Shown here: positions 9,309 to 19,152 of the stretch, one piece after another
How positions within the stretch are numbered: the first letter of the stretch is position 1
Layout: every line of letters starts with the position of its first letter
From: a virus
Taxonomy: Duplodnaviria; Caudoviricetes
Virus record (IMG/VR): IMGVR_UViG_3300037755_000621
Location: 1-45,041 of that record
Strand: one strand, 5' to 3'
DNA length: 45,041 bases
Notes under the pieces: generated by a model
The model's input: the letters and a program-made list of their open reading frames with translations, nothing else
What the model was told of the DNA's origin: nothing
The model's database searches: none
Translations under genes and position numbers: made by a program

Positions 9309-10198
9309 CCACCCTGGCCGTCCTCACTCAGAACACCCTCAACCTCCTCTACGGGCTCGAGCGGATCGAGCGGCCCGCTGAGGACGTGTTGGACGCGGCG
9401 ATCGCGGCGGCGGGCACTCTGACCTGCACCCCGACCACGATTGATATGTGGAAGCGTGACGACTACTGCGAGTTCCCTGTCGATGATGAGGTGATCCGGT
9501 TTGCTGCGAATTCGGCGGGGTCGACCGCGATCCGCCGGGCGCAGTTGGGAACCGCCGCCGCGGCGAAAGCAGACCTCGATGTCATGGTGAGGAACCCTCC
9601 GTTCTACCGGTTCCAGATCAAGCAGTACATCCGTGAGGTGATCCGCACCGACCTCTGGCCGAAGGTGTGGAGCTGGCATCTCGACTCGATCGCTGCTCCC
9701 TCTGACGTTGATTTCATGTACGACCTCGATGCTAATATCGACTCAGTGGCTTTGGTCTACCAGGAGAACCTCGACGCTGATGAGAGGTGGCGGCCTCTGC
9801 CTCGGGGGTGGTGGGACGTGGAACGTCAGATCAACTCGACGGTCGCCGCCCAGGGTGGGATGTTGGTGTTGCACAAGCTCTATGACTACGACGAGCCGGT
9901 GTACCTGACCTGCAAGCGCCGCCCCCATGTGGATGACCTGTCCAACCTGGCCGACCCGATCGCGGACATGATCCCTTGGGGGGCTGCGGCGAAAGCTCTG
10001 GCTGCCCGGTCCGGGCAGATCAAGAACGCGGCGGCACGGTCGGCTCGGGATCAGGAGGGTGGTCTGATGAGGGACTACCGGGGCCTCAAATCCGAGTTCT
10101 TGCAGATGCGGACCGAGTACGCCCGCGAGCTCCGCCTCGAAGTGCGGGAGGATCGAGTGTGGCGCGGGGCACAGCGGCGTAACTGGCGGACCTGGTAG
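9305..10198 (+). CDS. Head-tail adaptor / tail tubular protein A-like
   Basis: TTG 9305 overlaps previous stop; helical N- and C-termini (MIPWGAAAKAL) typical of podovirus adaptors; position. Confidence 0.6.
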   Translation: MTTLAVLTQNTLNLLYGLERIERPAEDVLDAAIAAAGTLTCTPTTIDMWKRDDYCEFPVDDEVIRFAANSAGSTAIRRAQLGTAAAAKADLDVMVRNPPFYRFQIKQYIREVIRTDLWPKVWSWHLDSIAAPSDVDFMYDLDANIDSVALVYQENLDADERWRPLPRGWWDVERQINSTVAAQGGMLVLHKLYDYDEPVYLTCKRRPHVDDLSNLADPIADMIPWGAAAKALAARSGQIKNAAARSARDQEGGLMRDYRGLKSEFLQMRTEYARELRLEVREDRVWRGAQRRNWRTW

Positions 10199-10690
10199 AT
10201 GCCCCGCTCCGCCATTGACGAAACTGGTCATCGGTATGGTCGCTGGACAGTGCTTGCAATGGAGCGCACAACGACGTCGGGTGCTCAGTGGTTATGCCGA
10301 TGCGACTGCGGTACTGAACGCACGGTCGAAGGCGTGAATCTGCGGAGCGGTCGGAGCAGAAGTTGTGGCTGTTTTCAGCGAGAGACAGCTGGCCGTGTCG
10401 GCACTCATGGGCATACACGCGGCCGCGCACCGACTCGCACCTATAAGAGCTGGACGGCAATGTTGGGGCGATGTAGGAATCCGCGTGCCACCGGGTATGC
10501 CCGCTACGGAGGTGCAGGAGTCACTGTCTGCGACCGGTGGCTGTCCTTCGAGAACTTCCTCGCGGATATGGGCGAGCGTCCCTCTGGTTTCACCCTCGAC
10601 CGCATAGACAACAACGGGAACTACACCCCCGAGAATTGCCGGTGGGCGACACCCAAGGAGCAGGCCGCCAACCGGCGAGTGACCCGATGA
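10199..10690 (+). CDS. HNH homing endonuclease
   Basis: WLCRCDCG...SRSCGC...W.AM..RC...[18 protein letters not shown]...[19 protein letters not shown]. Confidence 0.92.
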   Translation: MPRSAIDETGHRYGRWTVLAMERTTTSGAQWLCRCDCGTERTVEGVNLRSGRSRSCGCFQRETAGRVGTHGHTRGRAPTRTYKSWTAMLGRCRNPRATGYARYGGAGVTVCDRWLSFENFLADMGERPSGFTLDRIDNNGNYTPENCRWATPKEQAANRRVTR

Positions 10691-12531
10691 CCAGGGTGGG
10701 GAAGCTCGGCACCTTGGAGGTTCGCCTCGCGGCGTGGGTGCCGATCAACGAACGGTACCGCCGCCACTATGTGCCGTTGACTCCTGAGTCCGAGTCGGTC
10801 TCCTCGGAGCAGGGCGGGTTGGTGGTGGACACCAAGTTCAGGCCGTGGGTGGTGCGGGACTGGTCGAGGGGGGCGAGCTTCGACGTCTGGTCGAGGGGTC
10901 AGCCTGGCTACCGGATCGCGAACGGGGTGCGTCCCCACCCGTTGAAGGCTGGGCTGATCCTCGCCTTCGACTCCGAGACGATCACCTCGACGGAGGCGGC
11001 GAACCGTCTCGGGTTCGGCCAGTACGGGATGTGGCTGATCGGGAACAACGAGGCGCAGCGGCTCACGGTCGGAGACCCACCCGCCTTCGCCGCTCAGGTG
11101 AGCACTGGGGCCGTGCAGTTGGCATACTCGCTCGCTGAGGACGGGCTCAACTCGGCGTTCATGTTCTCAGGGCATATCAACGGCACGACCGCCGACGATG
11201 AGGACCCCGGCCAGATCTGGCGGTGGTCCGTCTCCGACGCGTCGCAGACCGAGCACTACGACCTGACCACCGACCCGTTCACCATGCTCCCGATCCTCGT
11301 GTCGTTCCGTCAGCGGTTGTTCGCGTTGGACGACGCCGACCTTTACGAGATCGACCAGGCGACCGCCGACACTCGCACCCTGGTCGCCGACACCGGGATG
11401 CGGATACCCGACTCAGCCCAGGGCGCCTACTTTCAACAGCACCGCCTCGCCGTGTCCGATGTGGGACCGATCTGGTTGGCGATGGACGGCAACGGAGACA
11501 TCTACGTGTGGGAGTACAACGTTGCTGAGGACACTCAGGACATCGTCGGTCGGATCCCGGGGTCGAACTTCTCGGTGTACGACCTCCGGTTCGAGAAGGG
11601 GTTTTACTTCGTTGCTTACCGCCCGGTCCACCACACTCTCGCCGGTTCCGTCGACCGTCGGGGTCTGGTCTGGTTCAAGCGTGGCGGTCAGGAGGGGATC
11701 ATCGGCCCGCTCCCCGACAACGGTGGAGGAAACAACGACGAACTGAAACTGGCTGGGGTGATCGGCTCGGAGTTGATCATCTGTGACCGGACCTCCGCTT
11801 GGGGTTACGACCTCGACGCGGGTGGGCTGGTCCACTTCGCCACCATCGTCGACTGTTGGGATGCGGCCGTGTTCGGCGGGGAACTGTGGGTGAGCCAAGC
11901 CTCCACCACGATCGGCTATGTGAACGGGACCGCCTACCTGTCCTCGGGGACCATCCACCTCGGGTGGCACGACTGGGACTACCCGGGACTGGTCAAAGAG
12001 TTCTTGGATTGCACCATCCTCACCGACCCCCTCCCCGCCGGCACCTCGGTCACCGCCGCGGTCGCGGTCGACGGGTCCACCACCTACACCGCACTCACCG
12101 GCACCCACGACGTCGACGGGGTCACCTCGTTCACCTTCACCGTCGCCGACCCGACAGTCTCCCCGATCCAAGGCAACCGATTCGAGATCCGGTTGACCTT
12201 CGCCACCTCCAACGCCGCGAACACCCCCACCGTGATCGAAGTGTCAGCTCGGACCACGGGGGCGCAGTCCGTCCTCGAGGTGGTCCTCCAAGTCGACGCC
12301 GGGAACGTGGACCGTCAGACCGATGAGGTGTTGGTGGCGGGGTTGAACGCTCTGAAAACTGCGGGCCTGCCGATCACGGTCACCGACCCTTGGCAGTTGC
12401 GAGACACGGTGGCCGCTGCAACCTATGTGGCGACGGTGGAGGACGTGCAGACCCCGTCGACTGAGGACCCTGTCGACGATGAGGACTACCCGGTGGCGGT
12501 GGTGAAACTGCGTCAGCGAGCGTTGGTGTGA
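10687..12531 (+). CDS. Tail nozzle / tubular protein B-like (beta-propeller)
   Basis: 614 aa beta-rich, follows the adaptor; ATGA overlap at 10687. Confidence 0.6.
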   Translation: MTRVGKLGTLEVRLAAWVPINERYRRHYVPLTPESESVSSEQGGLVVDTKFRPWVVRDWSRGASFDVWSRGQPGYRIANGVRPHPLKAGLILAFDSETITSTEAANRLGFGQYGMWLIGNNEAQRLTVGDPPAFAAQVSTGAVQLAYSLAEDGLNSAFMFSGHINGTTADDEDPGQIWRWSVSDASQTEHYDLTTDPFTMLPILVSFRQRLFALDDADLYEIDQATADTRTLVADTGMRIPDSAQGAYFQQHRLAVSDVGPIWLAMDGNGDIYVWEYNVAEDTQDIVGRIPGSNFSVYDLRFEKGFYFVAYRPVHHTLAGSVDRRGLVWFKRGGQEGIIGPLPDNGGGNNDELKLAGVIGSELIICDRTSAWGYDLDAGGLVHFATIVDCWDAAVFGGELWVSQASTTIGYVNGTAYLSSGTIHLGWHDWDYPGLVKEFLDCTILTDPLPAGTSVTAAVAVDGSTTYTALTGTHDVDGVTSFTFTVADPTVSPIQGNRFEIRLTFATSNAANTPTVIEVSARTTGAQSVLEVVLQVDAGNVDRQTDEVLVAGLNALKTAGLPITVTDPWQLRDTVAAATYVATVEDVQTPSTEDPVDDEDYPVAVVKLRQRALV

Positions 12532-13025
12532 CCTTCCCGCTGGGCCACCCGTTCTCTCCGTTGCCGACGGTGACCGACGTCGACCAACAGGACGTGACCG
12601 GGTTGCACGCTGCGCTGGCCCGCCTCCCCCAAGGGCTTCTCGGCTACGCCGAGGTGACGGCGAGCCAGACCGGGATGACGGGGACCACCGACCTGACCGG
12701 CCTCACGGTGACGGTCACCATCAAACCAGGTCGTCGGATCGTGGTAACCGGGAAAGGCCAGGGTCGTATCCTCGACGCCACCCCACCGGGCCGGGCCATC
12801 TTCTCGATCTATGAGGGGGCCACCGAGTTGCAGCGGTTCATCGAGTTCTCGGCGGATGCCACCGGTCAGCGCATGGCCGGGCAGGCGTCGGTGATCCTCA
12901 CCCCCTCGGCGGGGTCCCACACTTACAAGCTGGTGGCGCTCCTCGCTGCCGGGGACACCCTCGACTCGGAGGCGGACACTGTGTGGCCGGCGTTCATCAT
13001 GGTCGAGGACATTGGGCCCGCCTGA
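12528..13025 (+). CDS. Minor tail protein
   Basis: 165 aa; TDLTGLTVTVT...AGSHTYKL...FIMVEDIG, a pattern common in actinophage fibre-tip domains. Confidence 0.6.
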   Translation: MTFPLGHPFSPLPTVTDVDQQDVTGLHAALARLPQGLLGYAEVTASQTGMTGTTDLTGLTVTVTIKPGRRIVVTGKGQGRILDATPPGRAIFSIYEGATELQRFIEFSADATGQRMAGQASVILTPSAGSHTYKLVALLAAGDTLDSEADTVWPAFIMVEDIGPA

Positions 13026-13041
13026 GTAATCTGACCCGACC

Positions 13042-13521
13042 ATGAGCGAAGCGGAAATCGGTGGGGGCGCCAGTCGTTCGACCGACCCCGCCGCGGGGAC
13101 ATCAGCAGCGACCGACGTAAGCCTGCGGGAGTATTTCGCCAAAGAAGCCGACTGGATGTGGCGGTTCATGCAGGAACGCGACCGACGGTACGCCGAGGTG
13201 AACATCGAACGTGAGAAGGCGCTCAAGATCAAGGAGACAGCCGACCTCGCCGCGTTGCAGCTCGCCCGGGAGATCCAGACGTATAAGGATGAGAAAGCCA
13301 ACGAACTGCGGGAACAGATCAGCCGGGAACGAGGCCTGTACGTGTCTCAGGGTGAGCTGAAAGCGGCAATCGGCGAGATCACCGCCACGTTGAAACCAGT
13401 CGTTGAGTACGTGGCGTCTCAGCAGGGCGTCCGGCAGGGGGGGCTTGACCAGCGTGCGCTGCTCGGGTGGGCGGTCGCCATAGTGTCCACGGTCATTGGC
13501 ATCTACTTCGCGTTCAACTAG
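13042..13521 (+). CDS. Coiled-coil protein with C-terminal transmembrane helix (lysis-cassette membrane protein)
   Basis: C-terminal ALLGWAVAIVSTVIGIYFAF; adjacent to endolysin. Confidence 0.7.
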   Translation: MSEAEIGGGASRSTDPAAGTSAATDVSLREYFAKEADWMWRFMQERDRRYAEVNIEREKALKIKETADLAALQLAREIQTYKDEKANELREQISRERGLYVSQGELKAAIGEITATLKPVVEYVASQQGVRQGGLDQRALLGWAVAIVSTVIGIYFAFN

Positions 13522-13534
13522 GTAACGTGAGCTG

Positions 13535-14398
13535 ATGGCTTGGCGGTTCTCCGGTGTAGTCCCTTCCGGCCCGTACCAAGGCCCGTGGCGGGTCGCCCGC
13601 TCCATAATCACTCTCGCCAACGAGGTTGACGCCTCCTACCCGAACCGGTCCCGCACCTCGGACGGCACCCTGGGCAACACAGCCCACCAGAACCGGGACT
13701 CCGACCACAACCCCAACATCGACGACGGGACGGTGAACGTGGTCACCGCCATCGACATCACCGAGGACGTCGGCGACGGGTTGGACATGCGGGTCCTGTT
13801 CGACCGGTTCCGAGCGGGCCGCGACCCGAGAATCAAGTACATGATCCACCAGGGCGAGATCTGCAAGACCTACTTCAACCGGGGCTATGAGCCTTGGGAG
13901 TGGCAGCCTTACACCGGGGAAAACGCCCACCTCTCCCACGGCCACCTCTCAGTCTCCGCGGCGAAATCCCTCTACGACGACCCGAGATCATGGAACATAG
14001 GAGCAGACATGGCCGACCACCCACCCACCACTCAGGGCGAGCTCAACGCCACCCACGCGATCAGCGAGGAGCCGACCTACTTCGGGGTGTGGCCCTCCTA
14101 CGTCGATGCTGGCCTGACCACGGTTCCCGACTCGTGGCGGTTCCCGGCGATCCGCTTGGACCTGGCCTGGTTGCACAACAAGGCAATCGCACCCCTCGCC
14201 ACCAAGATCACTCGCTTGGAAGCGGAGGTTCGTGACCTGAAAACGGTGAACGGTCAGCAGGCGTCGGCGATCACGGCGATGGGGGCGAGATTGGCGGCGG
14301 TCGAAGCGCGCCCTCCTACCTCACCGGGGTCGATGGTGGACGCCGAAGCTCGAGTGGCGATCGACCGGCTCCGAGCGCACCTCAAGCTGAGCCCGTAG
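13535..14398 (+). CDS. Endolysin (N-terminal Zn-peptidase-like domain, C-terminal coiled coil)
   Basis: SDGTLG..AH...SDHNP...AIDIT...RIKYMI...W.PYTG.N.H..H.HLSV as in actinophage lysins; next to holin-like genes. Confidence 0.8.
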   Translation: MAWRFSGVVPSGPYQGPWRVARSIITLANEVDASYPNRSRTSDGTLGNTAHQNRDSDHNPNIDDGTVNVVTAIDITEDVGDGLDMRVLFDRFRAGRDPRIKYMIHQGEICKTYFNRGYEPWEWQPYTGENAHLSHGHLSVSAAKSLYDDPRSWNIGADMADHPPTTQGELNATHAISEEPTYFGVWPSYVDAGLTTVPDSWRFPAIRLDLAWLHNKAIAPLATKITRLEAEVRDLKTVNGQQASAITAMGARLAAVEARPPTSPGSMVDAEARVAIDRLRAHLKLSP

Positions 14399-14472
14399 TA
14401 GGTGACGGGGTGCGGGCCCCCCGAATCCTTAGACTCGTCTTTGGCCGACACGAACTACGGCCAGGAGGCAAC

Positions 14473-14685
14473 ATGGCATTGGTAACACAGCCGAACGCGG
14501 CGCCGACCCGCAAGATCAAGGCGGTGATCGCCTCAGGGGTGGTCACCTCGATCGTGGTCGCGGTCGGGTTGGTCCTCGGGATCGACATTCCGGCGGACCA
14601 GGTGGATCAGGCGGTGGGTGCGGCGGTGGTCGCGGTGAACCTGATCGGTGTGCTCGTCGGGTATTTCACAAAGAGTCGGGCATGA
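14473..14685 (+). CDS. Holin (2 TM)
   Basis: SD AGGAGG; PTRK motif, two hydrophobic helices, GYF plus basic C-terminus. Confidence 0.8.
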   Translation: MALVTQPNAAPTRKIKAVIASGVVTSIVVAVGLVLGIDIPADQVDQAVGAAVVAVNLIGVLVGYFTKSRA

Positions 14686-14816
14686 CTTGGAAGCCGGTTC
14701 TGGTGATCGCGGCGATCATCTTCGCCCTACTCCCGCTGATCGCGGTCGGCCCCGAGGCGGCCGCCTGCTACTTCCTGGCGGTCCTCTGTTTGGGGGTCGC
14801 CTTCTTCGTCCCCTGA
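14682..14816 (+). CDS. 44-aa two-helix membrane protein (not in ORF track)
   Basis: MTWKPVLVIAAIIFALLPLIAVGPEAAACYFLAVLCLGVAFFVP; ATGA overlap with holin. Confidence 0.7.
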   Translation: MTWKPVLVIAAIIFALLPLIAVGPEAAACYFLAVLCLGVAFFVP

Positions 14817-14851
14817 GATGGTGTAGCCTGCTCTGATCTCGGTCACGCGAT

Positions 14852-14887
14852 GCGGAGGCCCCCCTTTCGACGAGGGGGGTCTTCCGC
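14852..14887 (+). terminator. Terminator hairpin ending the late/lysis operon
   Basis: GCGGAGGCCCCCCT-loop-AGGGGGGTCTTCCGC. Confidence 0.75.
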
Positions 14888-14897
14888 GTATTGGTGG

Positions 14898-14927
14898 TTG
14901 ACACAGGGGAAACCTCGCGTGTAGGGT
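14898..14927 (+). promoter_or_regulatory. Housekeeping-sigma promoter, likely leaderless
   Basis: TTGACA(14898-14903)-18 nt-TAGGGT(14922-14927), 8 nt before ATG 14936. Confidence 0.8.
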
Positions 14928-14935
14928 GGCACTCT

Positions 14936-15181
14936 ATGTCAACGACGTTCGGGACACTGTTGCGAGAGACCCGCGAAGGCCAGAACCTCACCCGTACCGA
15001 GCTTGCGAAGGCAGCTCAGGTGAGCAAGGCCACGGTGACACGACTAGAGCAGGGTGTGCGGACCCCTTCGTTGGGCATGGTGAGGCGGCTGGCAACAGCA
15101 CTCAACATCATGCCGAGCACGCTGCTATCAACCATCGACACTGAGGAGGTCGAAGATGACTTGGAGAGAAACGCCGGATAG
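14936..15181 (+). CDS. XRE/Cro-like helix-turn-helix regulator
   Basis: LRETREGQNLTRTELAKAAQVSKATVTRLEQG.R.PS...LA.AL. Confidence 0.9.
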   Translation: MSTTFGTLLRETREGQNLTRTELAKAAQVSKATVTRLEQGVRTPSLGMVRRLATALNIMPSTLLSTIDTEEVEDDLERNAG

Positions 15182-15290
15182 GGCGTCGCCCCGCGACCGG
15201 CAGGCGTGGGTTCTGATTGGCTGTCTGATCGCCCTGTTGCTGATCGACGCGTGGATCAACGGACACACCGACCCGAGCCTGCTCCCATGA
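15156..15290 (+). CDS. 44-aa membrane peptide (not in ORF track)
   Basis: SD GAGGAGG; MTWRETPDRASPRDRQAWVLIGCLIALLLIDAWINGHTDPSLLP; ATGA overlap. Confidence 0.65.
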   Translation: MTWRETPDRASPRDRQAWVLIGCLIALLLIDAWINGHTDPSLLP

Positions 15291-15559
15291 GCGGCGAGAT
15301 CCAGGTTCAGGTGCGGCGGCTCTGCAAGCACAACCACATCCACGCCCACTCCGTCCTCAACGCAGCCGGGCCCTCTGATGCGCCCGGTGGTGCGACGGAG
15401 CGGTGGTGCGCGGAGGGCAACCTCTACATCCCTACCCCCGCCGAGCTCATCGACCTGTTCTCTGAGATCCTCGCCGGGGTGCATCCCCGAGTGGAGAAGG
15501 ACCGGGTGGTGGAGAAGGCGGAGCAGTTGGTCGACGGGTTGCGAGGTCTGGTCGCATGA
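15287..15559 (+). CDS. Hypothetical protein
   Basis: ATGA overlaps at both ends. Confidence 0.65.
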   Translation: MSGEIQVQVRRLCKHNHIHAHSVLNAAGPSDAPGGATERWCAEGNLYIPTPAELIDLFSEILAGVHPRVEKDRVVEKAEQLVDGLRGLVA

Positions 15560-15750
15560 GCGCCACCAAGGTCTGCACCAAGTGTGGGGTGGAGAAGCCG
15601 GTCACCGAGTTCCACCGAGCCGAGCGGATGAAGGACGGCTATCGGTCGGATTGCAAGCTGTGTCACAACAGCGACCAGTCCCGCAGCCGTCACCCGGTAG
15701 GGGTGTGGCGCGGTCCGACCGCACGACTCCCGAGGGGGTTCAACCTATGA
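15556..15750 (+). CDS. Small zinc-ribbon protein (resembles the N-terminal module of HNH nucleases)
   Basis: KVCTKCGVEKP..EF....DG....CK.C. Confidence 0.7.
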   Translation: MSATKVCTKCGVEKPVTEFHRAERMKDGYRSDCKLCHNSDQSRSRHPVGVWRGPTARLPRGFNL

Positions 15751-15953
15751 AGTTCTCAGTCGAAGCCCCCACTCCTGCTCAGTCGTCGATGTTCAACTCG
15801 TCCCCGGAGTGGCCGTGCCACCTCGGGCATGAGGAGTGTTCGTTCCGACCAGGTGGTCCCTGCTCTGACCGGTCCGAGCCTTGCACCTGCGAGACGACGG
15901 GGCGGTGTCGGGCGTGCGTGCCGAATCGGGTCGAAGGCGGGAGGATCCCATGA
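15747..15953 (+). CDS. Cys-rich hypothetical protein
   Basis: ATGA overlaps at both ends. Confidence 0.6.
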   Translation: MKFSVEAPTPAQSSMFNSSPEWPCHLGHEECSFRPGGPCSDRSEPCTCETTGRCRACVPNRVEGGRIP

Positions 15954-16231
15954 ACGACTTGGCCGGCCTGTGCCTCAACACCGGGTGTCCCCTACGACAC
16001 ACAGAGACGGACGAGTACGGGAACCGGTGGCATATCCCCTCCGGCACCCCGTATACGACCCCGCTAGAGCGGGCGCTTCGATCGGGCGCCATCTACGAGC
16101 CGAAGCGGTGGTGGGAGCAGGCATCGGACTGGCTCGACGCCTTGGACCATGAGTCCTTTCAGGGGTTGGTGGTCGTGGGGGCCATCGTTGTGTTCGCCCT
16201 GGCCCTTATCGCCCTGGGGGTGACGTCGTGA
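15950..16231 (+). CDS. Hypothetical membrane-anchored protein
   Basis: SD GGAGG; C-terminal hydrophobic helix. Confidence 0.65.
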   Translation: MNDLAGLCLNTGCPLRHTETDEYGNRWHIPSGTPYTTPLERALRSGAIYEPKRWWEQASDWLDALDHESFQGLVVVGAIVVFALALIALGVTS

Positions 16232-16482
16232 GCTGGCGCAACAAGCGGAATGGGATCGTTCATGCTCACGCCCGCCTCGGGTTCTCTGAACATCGGCCCA
16301 ACTACACGGCCTGCTCCACCGTGAAACTGTGGGAGACCGAAGGCCCTGGCCACCACGACTTGCGGTCCGACTTCGAGTCCTGTTACCGGGAGGTGGGGGA
16401 CCGGCTTTGCGCTAAGTGTGTCCAGACGGTGACCGCCGCCGCGGAGTGGCGGCTGGACTGGCTGAACGGACCGGGGACCTGA
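16228..16482 (+). CDS. Hypothetical protein (H..C..CxxC)
   Basis: GTGA overlap; TGATG coupling downstream. Confidence 0.6.
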   Translation: MSWRNKRNGIVHAHARLGFSEHRPNYTACSTVKLWETEGPGHHDLRSDFESCYREVGDRLCAKCVQTVTAAAEWRLDWLNGPGT

Positions 16483-16652
16483 TGCCTGCTCACCTCAGAA
16501 CCATTCGGATCCCCGCCTGTGGGTGGCACAACTGCACCAAGAAGGCGACCCGCACCCTCTACAACACCCGCAATGCGGAGATCAACCACTACTGCGGGCA
16601 GCACGCGGCGAAGGCGCTCACCGAGTTCAAGAAAGACGTGGGCGAGAAATGA
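16482..16652 (+). CDS. Small zinc-finger protein
   Basis: CGWHNC...YCGQH; coupled overlaps. Confidence 0.6.
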   Translation: MPAHLRTIRIPACGWHNCTKKATRTLYNTRNAEINHYCGQHAAKALTEFKKDVGEK

Positions 16653-16906
16653 CGGCGCAACTGGAGCCTCTCGCTGAGGTGTGGATCAAGAACTGGGTGT
16701 CGCGTCCGGGCGCCCCTGTTCGCTATCACCGTGCCCAACGGCCAGGTGGGAGCTTCCGGACTCGGTGCGGGCTGCTCTACCTAGCGGAATGCACGTCGTG
16801 GACCGAGGAGTTCGCCTTTACCGGGCTTGACGCATGGCCTTGTGGCCGCTGTTGGTTCCGCACCTGGCGGGACCGAGTGCGTCAACTCAGGGAGATATTC
16901 GCATGA
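16649..16906 (+). CDS. Hypothetical protein (H..C..CxxC)
   Basis: ATGA overlaps at both ends. Confidence 0.6.
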   Translation: MTAQLEPLAEVWIKNWVSRPGAPVRYHRAQRPGGSFRTRCGLLYLAECTSWTEEFAFTGLDAWPCGRCWFRTWRDRVRQLREIFA

Positions 16907-17853
16907 CGTTCCACGGAATCCCGATTCCCTACACCGACCGCGACGACTGGCTCACCAAACGCAAGGAGGGCATCGGCGCCTCAGACGTGGCCGGGATACT
17001 CGGCCTTTCCCCCTGGTCGAGCCCGTTCGTGGTGTGGGCTGACAAGACCAAAGACATTGAGCGTGAGGCGAACGAGTCGATGGAGTGGGGGAAGGCGCTC
17101 GAGGATGTGATCCTGGCCCGGTTCACCTCTCAGGAGGGCATCTACATTGGGGCCCGGGAGCTGTTGGTCCGCCACCCTGGGATCCCGTGGGTGATGGCCA
17201 CCGTCGACGGCCTCGGCTTCGATGGGCCAGTGTCCGTCGTCATTGGTGGGACCTTGGGCACGAACCCTGAGGCTGCTCTCGGCAACGTCCAGGTGAAAAC
17301 CGACGGGGGGTGGAAACGGTGGTCCGAACTGCCCCACCACATCGAGGTCCAAGTTCAATGGGAGATGTTGGCCACCGGGCTTGAGCACACCTGGGTGCCG
17401 GTTCTTCACTCGGGCCGCAACTTCCAGGTCTACGAAACCGACGCCGACCCCCACCTCCAAAAGGTGATCTTCGACAAGGTCAAGGCGTTCCGAGACACCT
17501 ACCTGCTCGACCCTGAGGCGGCGCCGCCCGACCCGATCGGGTCCGACGCGGAGACCCGGGTGCTGGTCGACTTGTGGGACGCCGACCCCGACGAGGTGAT
17601 CGAGTTGTCTCCGGGGATGGCTGCGGACGTGGCGTTGTTGGAGGGGTTGAAGGCGGAGGCGAAGCGGTTGGAGACTGAGATCAAGAAGTATGAGGGGCGG
17701 GTGAAAGTGTCCCTCCAAGATGCCACTGTGGGAACCGTGAACGGGGTGCCGAGGGTGACGTGGATGCCGACCAAAGAGGTTGAGGTCCAAGCGTTCACCC
17801 GGCAGGCGGGCCGACGGTTCACGATCAAACCGATCAAGTCTGAGGAGGACTGA
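16903..17853 (+). CDS. YqaJ-like recombination exonuclease
   Basis: WL..RKEGIGASDVAGILGLSPW...WG..LE...ATVDG...VQVKT...QVQWEM; precedes recT. Confidence 0.92.
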   Translation: MTFHGIPIPYTDRDDWLTKRKEGIGASDVAGILGLSPWSSPFVVWADKTKDIEREANESMEWGKALEDVILARFTSQEGIYIGARELLVRHPGIPWVMATVDGLGFDGPVSVVIGGTLGTNPEAALGNVQVKTDGGWKRWSELPHHIEVQVQWEMLATGLEHTWVPVLHSGRNFQVYETDADPHLQKVIFDKVKAFRDTYLLDPEAAPPDPIGSDAETRVLVDLWDADPDEVIELSPGMAADVALLEGLKAEAKRLETEIKKYEGRVKVSLQDATVGTVNGVPRVTWMPTKEVEVQAFTRQAGRRFTIKPIKSEED

Positions 17854-18047
17854 TGGAGACAGAAGTAGCGACCCGCCAGGTGCGGATCAGTTGGGACCGC
17901 CGAGGGATCAAGGCATCCACGACCGTAAACGGCGAGAAGGTGACGGTGGTCGCGGCCAGCCGCGACGCTGCGCTCACCTATCTGCGGATGAAGGTCGAGC
18001 AGCTCGAGCTCAAGGGCAACGCGACGACGGTGGAGGTGACCTGGTAA
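17853..18047 (+). CDS. Hypothetical protein
   Basis: SD GAGGAGG; TGATG and TAATG coupling. Confidence 0.7.
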   Translation: METEVATRQVRISWDRRGIKASTTVNGEKVTVVAASRDAALTYLRMKVEQLELKGNATTVEVTW

Positions 18048-18880
18048 TGCCTGGACCCGTACCCAACGAACCACCCACCGACGACCCACCCGTGGAGTCT
18101 GCGGCCACGACCGCTCTCGCCGCGCAGATCGAGAAGCCTGCCGAGGTCGACAAGTGGGCCCCGCTGATGAAAGCGCTCACCCCCGAGTTGGAGAAGGCGC
18201 TGGTCGGTGCGGACGGCAGAGCGATCATCGACGCCGGCAAGTTCGCACGGCTCGCCCTCACCGTGATCCGCAAGAACCCGGTGCTGCAACAGGCCACCGT
18301 TCCATCGTTGCTCGGGGCGATTATGACCTGCGCTCAGCTCGGGTTGGAGCCGTCGGGCCCGCTCGGTCACGCCTACTTGGTCCCGTTCAAGGAGAAGGGT
18401 CAGGTGGAGGTGCAGTTGATCTTGGGTTACCAGGGGATGATCCAACTCGCACTCCGCTCGGGGATGGTCGCCTCGCTGTCCGCTGAGGTGGTCCGCGAGA
18501 AGGACCTGTTTGAGTGGGAGAAGGGGACCAACGAGTTCCTGAGGCACAAGCCTCAGGGGTCGGAGGGTGAGGTGACCCACGCCTGGGCGTTGGCCAAGCT
18601 GGTCACCGGCGGCACCCCGTTCGTGGTGTTGGACCGTGGCGAGTTGAACGCGACTCAGGCCCGGTCCAAGGCCGGGGATCGTGGCCCGTGGAAAACGGAT
18701 TACGACGCGATGGCCCGCAAGACGGCGGTGCGTCGCCTGTTCCGTTGGCTGCCCTCCTCGGTGGAGATCCGTGGTGCGCTCGGCGCCGACAACGGGGTGG
18801 TCCGGGGGATACCGGAATCGATCGAGGACCTCGACAACGTGATCGATGCTGAGGGGGAGGACGTGGTGGAGTCGCTGTGA
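18047..18880 (+). CDS. recT: RecT single-strand annealing protein
   Basis: SLLGAIMTCAQLGLEP..LGHAYLVPF...QLILGYQG..QLA.RSG...PW...DAMARKT..RRL..WLP.S.E. Confidence 0.95.
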   Translation: MPGPVPNEPPTDDPPVESAATTALAAQIEKPAEVDKWAPLMKALTPELEKALVGADGRAIIDAGKFARLALTVIRKNPVLQQATVPSLLGAIMTCAQLGLEPSGPLGHAYLVPFKEKGQVEVQLILGYQGMIQLALRSGMVASLSAEVVREKDLFEWEKGTNEFLRHKPQGSEGEVTHAWALAKLVTGGTPFVVLDRGELNATQARSKAGDRGPWKTDYDAMARKTAVRRLFRWLPSSVEIRGALGADNGVVRGIPESIEDLDNVIDAEGEDVVESL

Positions 18881-19152
18881 ACCACCTCCGCAAGATGATG
18901 CCGACCGAGGTGTGGTACTCGTCGTCCTCCGGCCCAAAGACAAGGCCAATCCTGCTTCATCAGATGAAGGGGCGCGAGGTGCTGCGCGATGGCACCTACC
19001 GCTTCAAGTCCTTCTGTGGCAAAACGGTGCGCGACAAGATCCCGCTGAGGATCGTGCGGTTGGACCGCGTGGAGTTCTGCGGGCGATGCTTCCCGATGAA
19101 GGCGACGATCCAAGCGCACTACCGGGCTGAGGCAGAGAAGGTGGCGGGATGA
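18877..19152 (+). CDS. Hypothetical protein (H..C..CxxC)
   Basis: GTGA/ATGA overlaps. Confidence 0.65.
   Translation: MNHLRKMMPTEVWYSSSSGPKTRPILLHQMKGREVLRDGTYRFKSFCGKTVRDKIPLRIVRLDRVEFCGRCFPMKATIQAHYRAEAEKVAG

Noticed and set aside
14936-15181. HTH as an immunity repressor indicating lysogeny
   Set aside because: It is co-oriented at the head of the middle operon like Cro, with no divergent repressor or integrase.
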